Both the position numbers and the translations under genes were made by a program. 64,000 nucleotides of DNA from an uncultured candidate division Zixibacteria bacterium. GTDB lineage: Bacteria > Zixibacteria > MSB-5A5 > SM1-73. Where the stretch lies: contig CAIVRH010000029.1 in assembly GCA_903908285.1 (NCBI GenBank), positions 102,037 through 166,036 of the forward strand. The letters run 5' to 3'. The notes below the pieces were generated by a model. That model saw nothing but the letters and a program-made list of their open reading frames with translations. It had not been told where the DNA came from and searched no databases. This document shows, in pieces, positions 1-9,940 of the stretch (its first letter is position 1; each line of letters opens with the position of its first letter).

Positions 1-1726
1 CTATCAATCCATCGTAATTGAAATCATCCGGGATAACCATCGATTCAAGTTTCTTCGCTTTTTCAATTTCCAGGACTTGTCTCTTGATGTACCCCTCATA
101 TTTAATTTCAAGTTCAACTTGTTCATACACTTCCTTTTCAAGCTCCCGCGCTTCCCAATCCACTTCTATTATATCTTTATAGGTAATCTCGGGCATTTTT
201 AATATCTTGGCCAGACAGATCTTTTTATTATTCTCCATTCTTCCAATAAGGTGTTCAAAAGCGGAGATCGAGACAAAGACTCTTCTCAAACGCTTCTTCT
301 CTTTATTAACTCTTTCCATTTTATTCAGATAAGCTTCATAAAGGTTATTTGAAACTAATCCAAATCGATTTCCATATTCCAAAAGCCGCTGATCTGCATT
401 GTCTTCTCGCAAAACTAATCTGTATTCCGCCCGGGATGTGAACATTCGATAAGGTTCCTCCGTCCCTTTGGTAACCAAATCATCTATCAGAACTCCAATA
501 TACGCCTGGCTTCTATCTAAAATGAATGGATTCTCACCTCTTAGCTTCAAAACCGCATTGATCCCTGCCATGATCCCCTGTGCTGCCGCTTCTTCATATC
601 CTGAGGTTCCATTTATCTGGCCTGCGAAGAACAGATTTTCGACTAGTTTTGTTTCAAGGGAATGCTTAAGCTGCGTTGGAGGGAAATAATCGTACTCGAT
701 AGCATAACCTGTCCGCATCATCTGAACATTTTCTAATCCATGAACTGTTCGTAATGCTTTGAGCTGAACATCTTCCGGTAAACTTGTGGCGAAGCCATTG
801 ACATAATATTCGTTGGTACCGATCCCTTCCGGCTCCAAGAAAAGTTGGTGCCTCAGTTTATCTTTGAATTTGACTACTTTATCCTCGATGGACGGACAAT
901 ACCGCGGACCCACACCTTTGATCTTTCCACTATAGAGTGGTGAGCGATCAAGATTATTTAAAATGTACTCATGGGTTTCCTGATTGGTGTAAGTCAAATA
1001 GCAAAGACATTTATTTTGCAGTTCGTTCTTAGTCCGGAGAGAAAACGGTTTGGGAGATTCATCTCCGGGCTGAGGATTGGTCTTGGAGAAATCAATGGTT
1101 CTGCCATCTAATCTGGGCGGTGTACCCGTTTTTAATCGGCCTGCATGAAATCCAAAATTGATCAGATTTTCAGTCAAACCCAATGCAGGAAATTCACCAG
1201 CTCTGCCTGCTGGAAAATGCTCCAACCCTATATGAATCAACCCGTTAAGAAAAGTGCCACAGGTTAGAATCACAGCTTCACCATGATAACCTATCCTGTT
1301 AGCAGTGATAACGCCATATGCTTTTTCATTCTTTACCAGGATCTCAACTATGGTATCCTGTTTGATGAAGAGGTTGTTTTGATTTTCTAAATAATCACGC
1401 ATCACCAATCGATATGCAGATCTGTCGTTCTGGGTCCGGGATGACCATACTGCCGGTCCCTTCTTTTTATTCAGCGTCTTCATTTGAATAGCAGTTTGAT
1501 CCGCCGCCAAACCGATTTCTCCACCCAAAGCATCAATCTCCTTTACCAATTGACCCTTGGCAGATCCGCCAATGGCCGGATTACAAGACATCTGGGCGAT
1601 GGTATCCTTGTTCATGGTGAAAAGGATAGTCTTTTGCCTCATCCGAGCCGCGGCCAGAGCCGCTTCACACCCGGCATGACCGGCGCCTACTACGATTATG
1701 TCAAATTCTTCTTCGTATGTTAACAT
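1..1726 (-). CDS. mnmG: tRNA uridine-5-carboxymethylaminomethyl(34) synthesis enzyme MnmG/GidA (3' end runs off the window)
   Basis: Manual translation from ATG 1726: MLTYEEEFDIIVVGAGHAGCEAALAAAR...MSCNPAIGG.AKGQLVKEIDALGG; later GPRYCPSIEDK and FAGQINGTSGYEEAAAQG motifs. Absent from the ORF track because its stop lies outside the window. Confidence 0.97.
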   Translation of the reverse strand, partial: MLTYEEEFDIIVVGAGHAGCEAALAAARMRQKTILFTMNKDTIAQMSCNPAIGGSAKGQLVKEIDALGGEIGLAADQTAIQMKTLNKKKGPAVWSSRTQNDRSAYRLVMRDYLENQNNLFIKQDTIVEILVKNEKAYGVITANRIGYHGEAVILTCGTFLNGLIHIGLEHFPAGRAGEFPALGLTENLINFGFHAGRLKTGTPPRLDGRTIDFSKTNPQPGDESPKPFSLRTKNELQNKCLCYLTYTNQETHEYILNNLDRSPLYSGKIKGVGPRYCPSIEDKVVKFKDKLRHQLFLEPEGIGTNEYYVNGFATSLPEDVQLKALRTVHGLENVQMMRTGYAIEYDYFPPTQLKHSLETKLVENLFFAGQINGTSGYEEAAAQGIMAGINAVLKLRGENPFILDRSQAYIGVLIDDLVTKGTEEPYRMFTSRAEYRLVLREDNADQRLLEYGNRFGLVSNNLYEAYLNKMERVNKEKKRLRRVFVSISAFEHLIGRMENNKKICLAKILKMPEITYKDIIEVDWEARELEKEVYEQVELEIKYEGYIKRQVLEIEKAKKLESMVIPDDFNYDGLI

Positions 1727-1746
1727 ATCAATATTGATACTACGAC

Positions 1747-1762
1747 TGTTTCACGTGAAACG
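1747..1762. promoter_or_regulatory. parS-like centromere site
   Basis: TGTTTCACGTGAAACG is a 15/16 match to the canonical parS TGTTTCACGTGAAACA, immediately upstream of mnmG. Confidence 0.8.
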
Positions 1763-1811
1763 CAAACCTTATTAGATTTTCCTACCTGTCTATATCATAT
1801 TATAAGGAAAC

Positions 1812-1833
1812 AGGCGGATGATAAAATCCGCCT
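1812..1833. terminator. hairpin downstream of nitroreductase
   Basis: AGGCGGAT-gataaa-ATCCGCCT perfect 8-bp stem. Confidence 0.45.
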
Positions 1834-1858
1834 AGAGCAGGGAACCAAACCAATGCTT

Positions 1859-2380
1859 TTAATATTTCTCCCAATGAAGAATCTCAGATAAGGATTTCTT
1901 CTGCGGTGGTGGTGACCATTTTACCGGTTCGCCTAATGCAATCATCAAGAGCATTCTCTTCTCTCTAGGGACATCCAAAATTTCCTTGAAATGATCTTCG
2001 TGAGGACGCAAACCACCTTCAATCCAACAGCTTCCCCAGCCTAAAGCTCTCGCCGCCAACAGCATATTCACAGTTGCCGATGATCCATCCTCTTTCCAGT
2101 ACTCATTTGTTTCACTTAGAACAACTGCTATTATGGCAGAACATCCGTCAAATTTACCATCTTCATGAGTATTATACTTCCTTCCGGCACTGAAATGATG
2201 TAATATATCATCCAGGGTTTTCTTCTCCGTGACAATCACGAAATCCCATAATTGTCTGTTTACAGCAGAGGGAGCAGCTCTTCCAGCATCCACTATCTTT
2301 TCCAAATCGTTTTTTGGGATTTTTTTACCCGTGAAGGTTCTGATAGTTACTCGAGAGTGAATAGCATCAAATAAATCCAT
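1859..2380 (-). CDS. nitroreductase family protein
   Basis: R..IR.F, APSAVNRQLWDF and NMLLAARALGWGSCWI motifs. Confidence 0.9.
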   Translation of the reverse strand: MDLFDAIHSRVTIRTFTGKKIPKNDLEKIVDAGRAAPSAVNRQLWDFVIVTEKKTLDDILHHFSAGRKYNTHEDGKFDGCSAIIAVVLSETNEYWKEDGSSATVNMLLAARALGWGSCWIEGGLRPHEDHFKEILDVPREKRMLLMIALGEPVKWSPPPQKKSLSEILHWEKY

Positions 2381-2432
2381 GGAAATCTCCTTTGTTAACC
2401 AGGTTAAATATTGATTTTACACATTTATTGCA

Positions 2433-2590
2433 GATTACAGAGTGTAAAATGCAAAGTTCAAAATGAAAACCTAAACTTGGATTATTCCAGGAATCTATCT
2501 GCGAACACTTCTTTAATTTTGCATTCTGCACTTTGCAATCTGTACTCTTCATGGAAGTTTTTTAATTTTGCACTCTGTATTCTGCACTGG
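2433..2590. repeat. inverted heptamer-repeat array (TGCAAAA / TTTTGCA type)
   Basis: Left arm GTGTAAAATGCAAAGTTCAAAATG; right arm TTTTGCATTCTGCACTTTGCA...TTTTGCACTCTGTATTCTGCA. Confidence 0.6.
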
Positions 2591-2600
2591 TTCTTTTATT

Positions 2601-4916
2601 CTATTTGTTCTTAACCTCGCACAGCACCGCATACGCCGGATTCAAAGTCACTTTTTGAGGCTTCATCGGCGCCTGGGGCAATTCGAATTGGTTATGAGGT
2701 TTGTCTACCATTAGGCGCAGTACCGCAAATTGTTCCCCGCCGAAATCCAAAAGCACCGGCACCCACATCTTGAAATCCTTCGATACGTTTTCCTGGGTGA
2801 TCTCGCATTTGACCACATATTTGCCTTCGGTGGTCTCCTCGGTAGTATAGGAAAAATCATAGGTGGGGATCTCCACTCCGTAGACCCACTGGTTGAAGAA
2901 CCAATCCATGTCTTCCCCCATATGTTTTTCCACAATCGCCTGGAAATCAGCGGTGGAGGCGTTCTTCCCCCGGTAAGTCTCCACAAAATCCGCCATCATC
3001 TTAAAAAAACGATCATCACTTTTGGTGTCATAATCCATCATCAAGTTTCGCAGCATGTACAAAACATAAGCTCCTTTTTCGTAAATTAGATTCGAATAAT
3101 CATGGGACTTAGATGAATTAAGACGTTCCCCCAGCCAGATGGGTCCGACTTTGGAACCCTCCTGCCACTTATCCCCCTTTCCTAAAATATCATTACACCA
3201 TTCCTTGAGCTGGTCATGAAAAACGTCTTTATCTTTTATGAACAAGTTAGCGAACCAAACACCGGAAAACTCGGCAAAACCCTCGGAGAGCCAATAATCA
3301 TGATAGCTTTCACATCCCACTATGTTACCCCACCATTGATGCGATACCTCGTGCGCCCGGAATGACATCACCTCAAATTCGGTCTCATGCGTTCCTTCAT
3401 CCGCCACAAAAGCAATCCAGGAGAGACGCAAAAGCCCGGGAAAACCCTCTCCGAAGGAAGAGGGGATCTCCGTGGCTAATATCGAGGGGAAGGGACATTT
3501 CCCATAAACCGTTTGAAAGTAATTGAGACTGTTCACCACGTCTGTGGCTACGCTCTCTTTTGATTTTTTAAATCCCTGATAATATACACTGACTTTTGGT
3601 ACACCCTCTACATTCATGTCGTAGGTCTTAAGATTGCCATAAGTGAATGAAAAATATCTAACCGGAATCTCCTCCACCCATTGAGTACAAAGAGAGTCCC
3701 CCTCCACCCATTCCTTCGTTTTTTCCCCGATGGAAGCCAGCTTGTAACTCTTTGGATATTTATAAGTTATATCATAAGTAGCTCTTTGGTACCCATATCG
3801 CGGATACCAATCAGCGCTGGACTTCATATATAAATCTCCATACTCATCCTGCCTGATTATATCCTTACCGTGGTATTTAAAGTTCAATTTATAAATCTCA
3901 TCTGTCTTTGTCGGCAGGGGAAGTACAACCGAGACCCCATACTGGTCATCTTCCTTGATAAAAGGAAGCGAATCACCCTTATCGTCGGTAATCTTTTCGA
4001 TTCTCAAATCCTTGTACAGATCAAAATTAAGTACTCGCAAACCGTCAACCAAACTTTCAAAGTCGATCTCCACATTGGCGGACAATCTCTCCATTACGTC
4101 GATGGTCACGAACATGGTATAGTGGGTAATTTGGATGTCGTCCTTTTGCTCATGGGGAACGGGGGTGTATCCGGCAGAAGGATTATCTTGATAATCTTTC
4201 TTTTGATGAAACGAGCAAACCCGGTCGCGGGCAGAAATACCAGGTAAATCGACCGGTTTCCTCAAGTTTACCTCCTCTATCTGTTTGGGATCGAAGGTGA
4301 AGAAAAAACGACCCTGCTGGCTGGTGTTGACGTCCGCATACAGAAAACCATGGTTCCTATCCGGATTATTCAACGAAGATGAGGAGTCGGCCAGTACGTC
4401 CTCCATAATGCGACACCAGAGATTCCCACCGGTCTCCTTGACAATATGCTCCGGGCGACTACTGATTATCGACTTGAATTTCCCCGTCACCTCTCCGGCG
4501 ATAAACTTAAGCCGATGCTCCAATTCCTGAGCGGTTGTATCCGAAAACAGAAGATACAGCTCGTCGAATGGCGAGTTTAAGCTATCCTGCCCGGTGAACC
4601 GGTTGAGCTGATATTTCTCGATATCATTGGGGGGAGTGAATTCGAAAATCCCTTCTCCCACAAAGACCGCCCCGATGACCTTTCCGTTCACCGGCTGAGA
4701 AAGGCAGATTTTCCCTTTATTCAGCCGGAAGACCGCCGCATCCCTTACCAATACCAGGCTCTCTACCTCTGCTATTTTATTCCCATCCAAAGACAGTTCC
4801 TTGATCTGGTCATAAACTGTGGTTCCCTGCTGTTTTATTTGTCCCAATACCCTGGTGGGAAGAGATAATAAAATTATCCCGCAGATCAGTATATATTTGA
4901 GTTGTTTCATCACCAC
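2601..4916 (-). CDS. secreted M1-family zinc metallopeptidase
   Basis: Signal peptide; AHEVSHQWWG..WLSEGFAE (HEXXH-18-E); YEKGA motif. Confidence 0.88.
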   Translation of the reverse strand: MVMKQLKYILICGIILLSLPTRVLGQIKQQGTTVYDQIKELSLDGNKIAEVESLVLVRDAAVFRLNKGKICLSQPVNGKVIGAVFVGEGIFEFTPPNDIEKYQLNRFTGQDSLNSPFDELYLLFSDTTAQELEHRLKFIAGEVTGKFKSIISSRPEHIVKETGGNLWCRIMEDVLADSSSSLNNPDRNHGFLYADVNTSQQGRFFFTFDPKQIEEVNLRKPVDLPGISARDRVCSFHQKKDYQDNPSAGYTPVPHEQKDDIQITHYTMFVTIDVMERLSANVEIDFESLVDGLRVLNFDLYKDLRIEKITDDKGDSLPFIKEDDQYGVSVVLPLPTKTDEIYKLNFKYHGKDIIRQDEYGDLYMKSSADWYPRYGYQRATYDITYKYPKSYKLASIGEKTKEWVEGDSLCTQWVEEIPVRYFSFTYGNLKTYDMNVEGVPKVSVYYQGFKKSKESVATDVVNSLNYFQTVYGKCPFPSILATEIPSSFGEGFPGLLRLSWIAFVADEGTHETEFEVMSFRAHEVSHQWWGNIVGCESYHDYWLSEGFAEFSGVWFANLFIKDKDVFHDQLKEWCNDILGKGDKWQEGSKVGPIWLGERLNSSKSHDYSNLIYEKGAYVLYMLRNLMMDYDTKSDDRFFKMMADFVETYRGKNASTADFQAIVEKHMGEDMDWFFNQWVYGVEIPTYDFSYTTEETTEGKYVVKCEITQENVSKDFKMWVPVLLDFGGEQFAVLRLMVDKPHNQFELPQAPMKPQKVTLNPAYAVLCEVKNK

Positions 4917-5114
4917 ACCCCCTGAATTTGATTAGATTTTTTCCTTACGGCAAACCAGCACCGATTCAAGATAATTTAACCCGAAAAATAATATATGTTC
5001 AGGCTGTATAAAAGTAAAGCAACTTTTCTTTTGACACTTAAGAGCCGTGTAATCAAAGACGATAAGAAAATTAAGCTAAAGGGGCGGAATTCAATATTCA
5101 AAAGGGGGGGTTGT

Positions 5115-5657
5115 ATGAACGGGGCCATGTTTAACAGTTTGGCTCGGTATATAGACAAGAACTATCCACGGGTCTCTTTCTCCGATCTATGCCGGGAAGC
5201 ATCCCTGAAGACCAACGTGTTTGCCGAATTGACTTGGTATCCGGATAAAGATTTCATAAAAGTAATGGAGTTTCTCAGTGAACAGACCGAAACCGATCTT
5301 TCCACCCTTTGGAGGGATTTCGGCCGGGAGACTTTCCATTATTTTGCAGACATATTTGGTGATTACCTGCATGGGATTAAAACCTTTCCCAATCTGATAA
5401 CGAACCTGAATCGGATTCATCAACAGATAAAACGGGATGGATTGGGAACTCCTCCCCTGCTGGAGTTTAAGGAGGCTTCTCCCGATCATTTCGAGATAAG
5501 GTATACCTCCGACAGGAAGCTTTACGATTTCTTCCTGGGAATGCTGGAGGGAGCCACAAAATATTACAAAACAGATACAAAGATTCTGGGGAAAAAGGAG
5601 CGCGGCAAACTCATCGTCACCATAACCACCAAACAGCTGGAGCCAGAACTGGTTTAA
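5115..5657 (+). CDS. stand-alone H-NOX (heme NO/O2-binding) protein
   Basis: Starts MNGAMFNSL after a G-rich RBS; WYPD, proximal His (NRIHQQ), PP and YxSxR (YTSDR) heme motifs. Confidence 0.85.
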   Translation: MNGAMFNSLARYIDKNYPRVSFSDLCREASLKTNVFAELTWYPDKDFIKVMEFLSEQTETDLSTLWRDFGRETFHYFADIFGDYLHGIKTFPNLITNLNRIHQQIKRDGLGTPPLLEFKEASPDHFEIRYTSDRKLYDFFLGMLEGATKYYKTDTKILGKKERGKLIVTITTKQLEPELV

Positions 5658-5694
5658 ATTAAGAAGAATATCAAAAGAGGGATAGAAAATGTTG

Positions 5695-5739
5695 GGGTGG
5701 AACTTCTCCGCTAAAAAGTAGAAGCTCCACCCTTTTATT
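5695..5739 (+). terminator. intrinsic terminator after H-NOX
   Basis: GGGTGGAACTTCT...AGAAGCTCCACCC followed by TTTTATT. Confidence 0.6.
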
Positions 5740-5842
5740 ATTGCCGGTTGGGATTCGGATGGCGATGATGAAGATATATTTTGTGAATTCAAGCCGACGG
5801 ACTTAAAATATGATTTGTATTTCTTATTTCCTCCGATGTTTG

Positions 5843-6625
5843 TCATTTCCTTCTTACCATGAACTCACCAAAGGAAGCGCAAATTTCGAATCCTAATTTT
5901 TCATAGCAGGAAATAGCGCTGTGGTTGTCTGCCTTGACGTTCAAACCGATGCAATCTATATTTTTGGACAGGGATTGACAAAGTTTGGCAGTGACCAGTT
6001 TGCCGTATCCTTTGCCTCTGGATGAAGGATGAGTGGTAATGTTCCCCAAAGCTGCCACCCTGTATTCCTCGGAAAAGACGTGAACCCCGGCAATGCTGAC
6101 CAGTTTACCGTCTTCCCGGATACCGAAATACTGATTGGTTTCCAGCATCCTTGAATCAAACCAATTCCCCGGATAGCTCTCTTCATATAGCTGAATCATA
6201 TCATTTTGATCCAACTTGGATAAACGGATAACCTGTGAGCAATCCAATTTCTTGATCACGGACCGATCCTTCAATGTCATCTTGTAGTGCACACCAAAAG
6301 ATTCGAGTTCGAAGCTGTCCTGAACAACCTTCTCCAATCCGGGGCTGAAATGAGCGTAGAATTTAGCGGGCAAAATAGGGAGAATCGACTTGAGCAAATT
6401 CGCCATGTAAGTCGGTGGTTCCGCCAGCGCCAAAAGTGTCGGCAGTGTTAGTCCGGTGTATAGCAAAGCTATGGCTTGAGGTATCTCATTATCAGTGAGG
6501 GCGTACCGGGTAGTATAGGGCCAAAAGAAATCGTCTAAATCTCCCAGCTCATAGATGTGTAGATCGATATTTTTCCGCAGGAAAAGCTCAATCGTTCTCT
6601 TGTCGTGTAAACATATCACCGGCAT
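5843..6625 (-). CDS. GNAT family N-acetyltransferase (FR47-like C-terminal domain)
   Basis: T.P..RGKGYG acetyl-CoA motif; N.SAISCYEKLGF. Confidence 0.88.
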   Translation of the reverse strand: MPVICLHDKRTIELFLRKNIDLHIYELGDLDDFFWPYTTRYALTDNEIPQAIALLYTGLTLPTLLALAEPPTYMANLLKSILPILPAKFYAHFSPGLEKVVQDSFELESFGVHYKMTLKDRSVIKKLDCSQVIRLSKLDQNDMIQLYEESYPGNWFDSRMLETNQYFGIREDGKLVSIAGVHVFSEEYRVAALGNITTHPSSRGKGYGKLVTAKLCQSLSKNIDCIGLNVKADNHSAISCYEKLGFEICASFGEFMVRRK

Positions 6626-6652
6626 TCAGTCACCTTTTGATTGCTTCAACTA

Positions 6653-6681
6653 TTTATAGAGCTTTTCGTCCCTCTTGTCAA
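6653..6681 (-). promoter_or_regulatory. sigma70-type promoter for the GNAT gene
   Basis: Minus strand TTGACA-17-TATAAA. Confidence 0.6.
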
Positions 6682-6703
6682 GGGAGGACTGGTAGGGATT
6701 AGA

Positions 6704-6738
6704 GAATTCTGAGGAGCTCGGTCCTCCTGACTAACTAC
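6704..6738 (-). repeat. array-delimiting GTAG-hairpin element, copy A
   Basis: GAATTCTGAGGAGCTCGGTCCTCCTGACTAACTAC; family consensus on + is GAATAGTGTCAGGAGCACGGGRCTCCTGACCTAC. Confidence 0.7.
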
Positions 6739-6953
6739 CTAAACTCACCCCTTTGTCCCCTCTCTTTTTAAGAGAGGGGATTTATGGTATTTCTGACCTT
6801 TCTGACCTTATGGTGAGAGTTTTCATTTTTGCTAAAGTGGTCTTGCTGTACAAGCTATGCTGTTCATACAAAAGGAGATAACAGATTTGCCATGCCGGTG
6901 TTTCTGACGTTTCTGACCTTACTGGGCTTTGTTTTTCTAATTTTTTCATCATT

Positions 6954-7496
6954 TTAATGCTTCTTTTGAGATAAAAGGTTGTCATTCCACAGGATAGCGG
7001 AAGAGCCGCTTGATGTTTTTACTTTTGTGAAGCCCAGGGTGGAGAGGAGTCGGCCTATCCGGTGATAAGTGAGCCGGTTTTCTTCGGATTTACCTTGATT
7101 AAAAGTATCGGTAATGGTTTTTACCGGAAGAATGCCATTCTCCACCTGAAACCTCAGCCCAAAAATAGTTGCTTTGATTTGAGACTCGAGGTGGTTGGGA
7201 TCGGGATAATGTTTTGGCAATTCTTCCTGTCTTATGGTTTCTATTTCGTCCCAGATGGATTTTTCGTCCCTATGGGTTTCATTCCCACCCTTAAAAGTTT
7301 CAGCCACCTTCTGTTTAAGCTGGATAGCTTTCAAGACATCCTGGACTCTGGGTTTATAGGAATCTTCATCCAACTTTTTGATGAGTTTATCGATTAAGGT
7401 TTCCAGGAACTTCAACAACTCGGAATCATCCCGTCTACTAGGCTCGGAATTGGAATCGAATGAATGGTCCATATAAATATCCTCGTTCAGTAACAC
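6954..7496 (-). CDS. hypothetical protein, possibly a mobile-element replication/primase C-terminal relic (alternative start 7472)
   Basis: 180-aa ORF with a wHTH-like end (IGRLLSTLGFTK); TTCTGACCTT repeats lie downstream at 6791-6810 and 6901-6921. Confidence 0.5.
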   Translation of the reverse strand: MLLNEDIYMDHSFDSNSEPSRRDDSELLKFLETLIDKLIKKLDEDSYKPRVQDVLKAIQLKQKVAETFKGGNETHRDEKSIWDEIETIRQEELPKHYPDPNHLESQIKATIFGLRFQVENGILPVKTITDTFNQGKSEENRLTYHRIGRLLSTLGFTKVKTSSGSSAILWNDNLLSQKKH

Positions 7497-8058
7497 ATAA
7501 TGAATTCAAATTTCAAAATTCAAGATTCAAAATTGCAATTCAAAATTCTAAATTACTCATTATATGATTGCAGAAACCGGTTTACCTGCACTTTGCTATT
7601 ATTACTCCCCTCACTAATCCCGCCACTGTCCTTTTCACCATCGAAGTTGTACCGAATTTGTATTGTGGGGGAAAGAGAGAATATGGGGTAGAACCCCCCG
7701 AATCCCCCTTGTCAGGGGGATAATCCCCCTAATATCTTTAAAGGGTGAAGTTCCTTAGGATGAACTCCCTGTCAGTGTAACGGAGAGGGGGATAATACGG
7801 TCAACGGTTCGACTTCCTTCGGCTTTACCTCTGGACATGTCGCTCACCATCTTCGACGGATGAAGCGCCCATACGCCCGGACGGGCCCCGTCTGGGGGCG
7901 CCCGTCTGGACGGATGGAACGGATTAACATAAAAAACGCCCGAAATAACAGTCGGGCGCTACGCATACAAATTCTTGCTCGTCATGAACATCTTGTCAGT
8001 GACATTTAGTAAAATGGCAACGGAAATACAAAAGAGGAGTAAACCGAATGGTTCACCC

Positions 8059-8190
8059 CAGAGGCGTCCTTCGATCCTTCGATAAACTCAGGATGCTGAG
8101 CGAAGTCGAAGCATAAAGCTCAGGACTTCGTAAAGACTCTGCTACGCGGATTGGGTTCTCGTTGGATGATAACATCCAACGAGAGCGGGG
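8059..8190. repeat. composite REP-like element, copy 1 (copy 2 at 24848-24941)
   Basis: CAGAGGC[nested CCTTCGA..GCTCAGGA]TAAAGACTCTGCTACGCGGA...GTTGGATGATAACATCCAAC..GAGCGGG, shared with 24.85 kb. Confidence 0.7.
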
Positions 8191-8280
8191 CTTTTCGTCC
8201 TTGCAAACCCCCTGTTTCCCCCTTGTCAGGGGGATAAACCAGTATCGTCCTTCTGATAAGGAGGACAGTATGAGGACTTT

Positions 8281-8835
8281 TTACTTCACGACAAAACGCT
8301 CGATCCACTGTTCGAATGCTTGCAGGAATTTCTTCAGGTAATCTCTTGTCGAATCGTTGATCAAATTCCCTTTGTCGTCGAACAAGCTGGCAGCATTGCC
8401 GATGTATGCTTCTGGCTGTCCCATGGTGGGCACGTTGACGAACACCAGAGACTGCCTGAGGTGATGGTTGGCGCCAAAAGCACCGAGCGCACCTGTGGTG
8501 CAGCTGATGACCGCGCCCGGTTTACCGTTCCACGTGTTTTGTCCATATGGACGCGATCCCATATCGATGGCGTTTTTCAAAACGGCGGGAACCGAGCGGT
8601 TATACTCCGGTGTAACAAACAGAACGGCATCGGCCGATTTGACCCTCTGCCTGAATTCGTTCACTTCTTTGGGCGGATTTTCCTCGAGATCTTGATTGTA
8701 GAACGGCAGATTGCCGATTTCGACGATTTCAAGCTTGAGCGATTCCGGCGCCAGAACAATTAATGCTTTTGCTAATTTGCGATTCCACGAATCCCTACGC
8801 AAACTGCCGACAAAGACTGCTACATTCTTGTACAT
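8281..8835 (-). CDS. NAD(P)H-dependent FMN reductase (ChrR/YieF family)
   Basis: GSLRRDSWN and TPEYNRSVPAVLKNAID.GSRPYG motifs. Confidence 0.93.
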   Translation of the reverse strand: MYKNVAVFVGSLRRDSWNRKLAKALIVLAPESLKLEIVEIGNLPFYNQDLEENPPKEVNEFRQRVKSADAVLFVTPEYNRSVPAVLKNAIDMGSRPYGQNTWNGKPGAVISCTTGALGAFGANHHLRQSLVFVNVPTMGQPEAYIGNAASLFDDKGNLINDSTRDYLKKFLQAFEQWIERFVVK

Positions 8836-8873
8836 AACCCTAAAATCCTTTCACCAAAAATAAGACTACATTA

Positions 8874-8907
8874 GAATAGTGTGAGGAGCACGGGATTCCT
8901 ATCTTAC
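8874..8907 (-). repeat. GTAG-hairpin element, copy B
   Basis: GAATAGTGTGAGGAGCACGGGATTCCTATCTTAC. Confidence 0.75.
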
Positions 8908-8941
8908 TGATAATTGATCACCATATTCAGCTTTGAGTTCT

Positions 8942-9322
8942 TTACGAAGATACCTTTTGCGGAAGGAGCAGATAACCAAAACCGACCGCAAAGAAGAGAT
9001 AGATGATAACGATACCCCAGCCGAGCACATTCAAACCGCCGGAGAGCAAAATTGTCAGTGTGGCCACAAAGGCAACGGCATCATAGACGAATAAAGCCAG
9101 GATGATAGCCCACCGGGTGGCAGATGCTTCTGCGTTTCTGGCAAACCAGGTGAGCATGAGATTGCCGCAAAGTGCCGCCCCGTATTCCCTCGCCAACAGG
9201 GCGGCTCCCGAACCGAAAGAGGCGCCCAGAAGTTTCATAAGCGGTCCCGGCGCAAAGAGCAGGATTGGCGCGAATCCAATACAGACAACTGCCTTGATGA
9301 TCATCAGGGTTTTGAATTTCAT
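8942..9322 (-). CDS. hypothetical 4-TM membrane protein
   Basis: 126 aa, four hydrophobic segments, RBS GAGGGAGG. Confidence 0.75.
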   Translation of the reverse strand: MKFKTLMIIKAVVCIGFAPILLFAPGPLMKLLGASFGSGAALLAREYGAALCGNLMLTWFARNAEASATRWAIILALFVYDAVAFVATLTILLSGGLNVLGWGIVIIYLFFAVGFGYLLLPQKVSS

Positions 9323-9365
9323 CGAAACCCTCCCTCTTTTGAAAAGGTTATAGGTATAACTCTAT

Positions 9366-9689
9366 TTAAGCTACCGGACTCCATATATTGGCTGAAAAAG
9401 TGGCTGGTTCGATCAGCAGGTGAAAAGCCGACTGAATTTTCTTCATCCCCTCGTCGTCGAAAATCCTTTTATTTATCTTCTCGCTTTCTGCCAGGTTCTC
9501 GTACTCCCATATTTCAATGTACATGCCGGTCGGTGAACCGTAGGTCTGCTTGAAAAGCTTCCACGATATCACCCCGTCGAAAAGCTGGGCATGATCCTGC
9601 TTGTATTTGACGAACTCGTTCAGCAATGGCGTGAATTCTGCTTTTTTTTCTGCTTTCACAACATACGTTTCCACTACGAAGATACTCAT
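9366..9689 (-). CDS. small NIPSNAP-like/dimeric alpha-beta barrel protein
   Basis: 107 aa; ETYVVK...YIEIWEYENLAE pattern; RBS AGGAGG. Confidence 0.65.
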   Translation of the reverse strand: MSIFVVETYVVKAEKKAEFTPLLNEFVKYKQDHAQLFDGVISWKLFKQTYGSPTGMYIEIWEYENLAESEKINKRIFDDEGMKKIQSAFHLLIEPATFSANIWSPVA

Positions 9690-9716
9690 CTCTTCACCTC
9701 CTTCAAGCGAATTGAA

Positions 9717-9762
9717 CTGCGCACTTGATAAATGAATGGTATCCGGGGCATGGTTTTCATGA
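9717..9762 (-). repeat. GTAG-hairpin element, copy C (degenerate, long form)
   Basis: CTGCGCACTTGATAAATGAATGGTATCCGGGGCATGGTTTTCATGA; matches the CTGCGCAC..GA.AAATGAAT arm of copies H and I. Confidence 0.6.
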
Positions 9763-9771
9763 TTTGGTGCT

Positions 9772-9852
9772 TGGTGCCAGCGCTGTTGCCAATTTACGGT
9801 TCCACGACTCCTTACGCAAACTGCCGACGAAGACTGCTAGATTCTTGTTCAT
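9772..9852 (-). pseudogene. truncated copy of the FMN reductase 5' end
   Basis: MNKNLAVFVGSLRKESWNRKLATALAP then diverges; homologous to the start of 8281-8835. Confidence 0.8.
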
Positions 9853-9876
9853 AATTACCTCTTTATGAAAGAGGAT

Positions 9877-9913
9877 AATCTGTGTCAGGAGCTCGGAACA
9901 CATGACCACCGAC
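9877..9913 (-). repeat. GTAG-hairpin element, copy D
   Basis: AATCTGTGTCAGGAGCTCGGAACACATGACCACCGAC. Confidence 0.65.
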
Positions 9914-9940
9914 TAGATGGAATAAATATATTATCCTTCT

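Noticed and set aside
468..1723. Plus-strand ORFs 468-689 and 1484-1723
   Set aside because: Antisense to mnmG.
4995..5114. N-terminal extension of the H-NOX ORF
   Set aside because: The domain begins at Met 5115, which has an RBS; the extension covers the divergent promoter region.
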